A stretch of 51,572 nucleotides of DNA. It comes from Chiloscyllium plagiosum (taxonomy: Eukaryota). Shown in pieces: positions 48,201 to 51,572 of this stretch; the stretch's first letter is position 1, and the number at the start of each line of letters is the position of its first letter. The stretch covers positions 19,276,684 to 19,328,255 of the forward strand of contig NC_057719.1 of the NCBI RefSeq assembly GCF_004010195.1, written 5' to 3'. The notes under the pieces were generated by a model. It was not told the DNA's origin and did no database searches. It saw only the letters and a program-made list of their open reading frames with translations. Made by a program: the position numbers and the translations under genes.

Positions 48201-49054
48201 AATACTTAAGCATACTTTACAGTACTTTATGGTTCTGTACTAATATTTCAATATGCACTTCAGCAGAAGGAAAATGTCAGTTGGGTTTACACAGTGTCAA
48301 CTAATGTTGGAATTATCCTGAAGGGAATGCTGGTTCAGTTTAATTGATAGCACCAGTGAATTCTACTATATACTTTGACATCATTAGCACCATTGTAAAG
48401 TTGTTAACATTGACATAGTTGCCATCCTTCATATAAACACCTTTATTTCTGAGGATATACAAAGAGTCCCAGAAAGTTGACATTTGTCAACATGTTTTGA
48501 TTAAAATCTTCAACACTTATAAACAGGAGGATGGCATGAATGATCGTGAATTATTGAGTTGTTGAATACATTGGCACGTAATGATGCCTTGCTGTCTGAC
48601 ATTAACTCTGTGGAGTGCCAATCTGCTCTGGTGTTGTCCCACAGCCGTACTTCTGAATTATTGCTTGTACTGCTTTATTTTAGTCATATGGAAGTGATAA
48701 AGTTGAAATGTCCTGAAGCCAGGAAAGGTAAATCAAGGGTTAGTTAAAACAAACAGAAAACATAGGTTATTAAAGATTGTGTGGACACCACAGAAACACT
48801 GCATATTTTATACCAAATGGAATTGGGGCGCTCTGGCAATGTACCTTGCTCGCTCAGCGATGTGCAGATTGACAAGATGAGCTCAGGTTTTGCTGAAAAC
48901 ATTCGGTGCAAACTGAAAAGTAAGAATCCAAGTGATCTGAGGCTAAGTGAAAAGTTGGAATCAAAATGTCCAGTAAGCCTTTTTCCATTGGGGTTGTGGC
49001 AAAGCTCAATATAGGTCTCTTTGCTGTTTATGATATGTATCAATTATTTTTACT

Positions 49055-49795
49055 TAAATGTGGGGGACATAATTAAATAAAGTTTGTAAATGATAGAGAA
49101 AGTGGTTATACGGTTGATAGGCACAAAGCTGTAGAATGAAGCATGGTTTTGGTGGATTGGTCAGCTTCTCAGGAACGTGACAAATGGAATTCAGTCCATA
49201 GAAGTGTGAAGTCATTTGGGGAGGGCAAAGAAACCAGGGGATAAATATTAAATGGTAGGATACTGAGAAGTGTAGAGTAACAGAGGGACCTTGGAGCGCT
49301 GATCACAGATTCCTGTAGGTCACAGGACCTGGAGATAAACTCCTAAAGATAAACTGATATACCTTCATTTATTGGTTGAAGCAGGGTGGATAAAAGCAGA
49401 GTAGGTATGTAGTATAAAACACTGGATAGACAACAACTGGAGTACTGTGTACGTTTCTGATTTGTGCATTGCACTACGGATGCAAGAGATTAAAAAGGGT
49501 GCAGAGGAGATTTGTCAAGTTGGTTCCATGTCTGGAGAATTTTGGTTATGAGGAAAGATGGGATAGACTGGGTATTTTCTGGACAACAGTAGAGGCAGGT
49601 GAAGGGAATTGTCATTGAGGTGCATAATATTATGAGGGTCGTAGAGTGTGTGGATACAAAGGATCCATTTCTCTGAGCATTAAGGGTCAATAGCTATGGG
49701 GCATAAATTTAAAGTTAATCACAGAATGACAGAAGGGAGGAGAGGAGAAATTTTGCCTTCAAAGAGTAGTAAGTGATGAAAATAAAGTACCTGAA
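49055..49795 (+). mobile_element. Old CR1 fragment
   Basis: caactggagtactgtgtacgtttctg...gggtgcagaggagattt. Confidence 0.8.
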
Positions 49796-50039
49796 AATTC
49801 CACAACTACGAGCATTCACATCAATACCTACATAAATGTAGCATTATTTAGTTATATAGCTCCACAATATATTGCTTTTTATTCATGCAAGACAGAACCT
49901 TTTTTTGTTATTGTTTCATGGGATGTGGGCACCACTGGCAAGATCAGTATTTATTGTCCATTCCTAATTGCCCATGAACTGAATTACAATATCATTTCAG
50001 AGTGAGTGAAGAGTCAACCATTTTAAAATGGCTGTACCG

Positions 50040-50400
50040 AAATGTGTGGTGCTGGAAAAGCACAGCCAGTCAGGCAGCATACGAGGAGCAGGAGAGTCGA
50101 CATTTCGAGCATGAGCTCTTTACCAGGAATGGGTATGATGGCCCAAGAGGGCTGAGAGATAATTGGGGTGGAGGTTGAGGGAGGGTAGCTGGGAATGCGA
50201 TAGGTAGTTGAAGGTGGGGGTGATGGTGATGGAACCAAGGCAGAAGATGAGTCCAACCATATGGGATCAATGTCGATTTCACCAGTTTTCTCATCTTATC
50301 CCAGATCCACCCTCTTGAATTGTCGTACCTGTCCTGTCTTACTCCCCACCTATCTGCTCCACCCTCCTTTCCGACATAACACCATCACTCCCCACCCTCA
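50040..50400 (-). mobile_element. Penelope-like fragments (minus terminus 50040-50235, then a probable opposite-strand piece)
   Basis: gtgtggtgctggaaaagcacagc...gtcgacatttcgagcatgagctctttaccaggaat. Confidence 0.8.
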
Positions 50401-51358
50401 TGTACAATAGTTTCCACGTTCAGGTTACAAAAAGCCTCAAATAGATATGTAGAGGGCTATATTTGAAAGGGCATGGTGAAGTGAAGAGCTTAATTTTGTA
50501 TTGTACAGTGACAAAAATTAAGGTACTTGAAATGTACAACATATAAGGAAGTGGCTGCCCAAGTATTAGACAGCAAATAGGTGCTCTTTGTTTGAAAGGA
50601 ATGATCAGGTGATATTTTATTATGGTTGTAGGAAATAAATGGAAGCTGGGATAGCTTAAGGAATCGGAAATAGCAATCATAGGTTTGGAATTAATATTCG
50701 AATAATCCACAAACTATTTATCACAGTACCGCTACATAATATAAAAGATCAGACAGACAAGTCTTGATTTTGTTGGGAGCCGGTTCTAATTTAGTCAGTC
50801 TAAGATTTGTGAGTGAACATATTGGTTAAATTTTATAGACGACTTCATTTACACAATTATTAACTCCTGATGCAAACTCACAACAGTCTGGGAATGACAT
50901 CTGTGAAATTTAAAGTTGGGGGGCAATTAAAAGAATAACAAGGATGTGCACAAGAATGTTTTGCAAGACCTTTAAATGCTTCTCAAGCCATCAGCAGACT
51001 TTGCAGAAGCTGAAAGAATTGGAGATTATGAAGTGATAGGCTAGGATGAAAAGAAAGCTCTGGGTGCAGGCAGGACAAGAGACATGACAAATTAACAAGA
51101 CGTTTCTTCTGAGCCGCTCTACAGAATAATCCCATAAGTTAGTATTACAGCACGCATGCAACAGATGCGATGAAAAATTTTTCGCTCCTCTGAATTTATA
51201 TTTTCTTACTATCTTAACTATTTCTGCAGTTATTTCACTGTCCTGACTTCAATTATATTACTGCGGACCTTTTCTATTAAGCAATATATCTTGACACTTA
51301 CATAAATTTGATTCTCACAAGACCAACCCTTTGACCCTGGCTTTTCTATAGATGATGT

Positions 51359-51572
51359 AGCTGAAAATGTGTTGCTCGAACAGCGCAGCAGGTCAGGCAG
51401 CATCCAGGGAACAGGAGAATCGACGTTTCGAGCATAAGCCCTTCTTCAGGAATGAGGAAAGTGTGTCCAGCAGGCTAAGATAAAAGGTAGGGAGGAGGGA
51501 CTTGGGGGAGGGGCATTGGAAATGCGATAGGTGGAAAGAGGTCAAGGTGAGGGTGATAGGTCAGACTGGGGT
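51359..51572 (-). mobile_element. Penelope-like element 3' end, runs off the window
   Basis: Near-perfect reverse complement of 34908-35050. Confidence 0.92.
51422..51449 (-). ncRNA. Minimal hammerhead ribozyme motif, core intact
   Basis: The minus strand reads CTGAAGA-A-GGGC(TTAT)GCTC-GAAA-CGTC; stem II is kept through a G-U pair. Confidence 0.65.

Noticed and set aside
48476..48491. Palindrome gttgaca-tt-tgtcaac
   Set aside because: 7-bp arms are expected by chance in 51 kb.
27153..51572. Third PPP1R37-like exon (expected ...LDCLDLKG-like)
   Set aside because: Candidate acceptors at about 30340, 45918, 47076 and 48683 gave stops or no similarity. The exon is probably beyond the window or too diverged to see by eye.
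1..51572. Prokaryotic systems (CRISPR, operons, retrons) suggested by the many RT ORFs
   Set aside because: All RTs are eukaryotic CR1, Rex1 or Penelope types in a vertebrate intron context, and there are no repeat-spacer arrays.

Overview
Eukaryotic, repeat-dense genomic DNA from a cartilaginous fish. HE1 SINEs, CR1/HER1-type LINEs and shark-type Penelope termini point to a shark, possibly a bamboo/carpet shark (inference). Most ORF-track entries are retroelement debris. The real host content is two spliced coding exons (7190-7406, 27055-27152, + strand) of a divergent PPP1R37/LRRC68-like PP1 regulator with an RVxF-type motif, KHVCF. Upstream is a small CpG-rich promoter (about 2.1-2.46 kb) that appears to fire a non-coding first exon of an unidentified divergent gene on the minus strand. 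The introns hold nested CR1, L2, Rex1/Babar, HE1 and DeuSINE-like elements, a possible solo LTR, and many Penelope-like fragments. The most notable hidden signal is about 10 copies, from at least 3 families, of a minimal hammerhead-ribozyme motif (CTGAnGA-A-stem II-GAAA-palindrome) in those Penelope termini, with visible stem II covariation. Also seen: an unusual 111-bp target-site duplication, an old ~150-bp dispersed duplication, and repeat-free blocks that may be conserved enhancers. There is a 713-N assembly gap at 34195-34907. Family assignments come from recalled consensus sequences, not from database searches.
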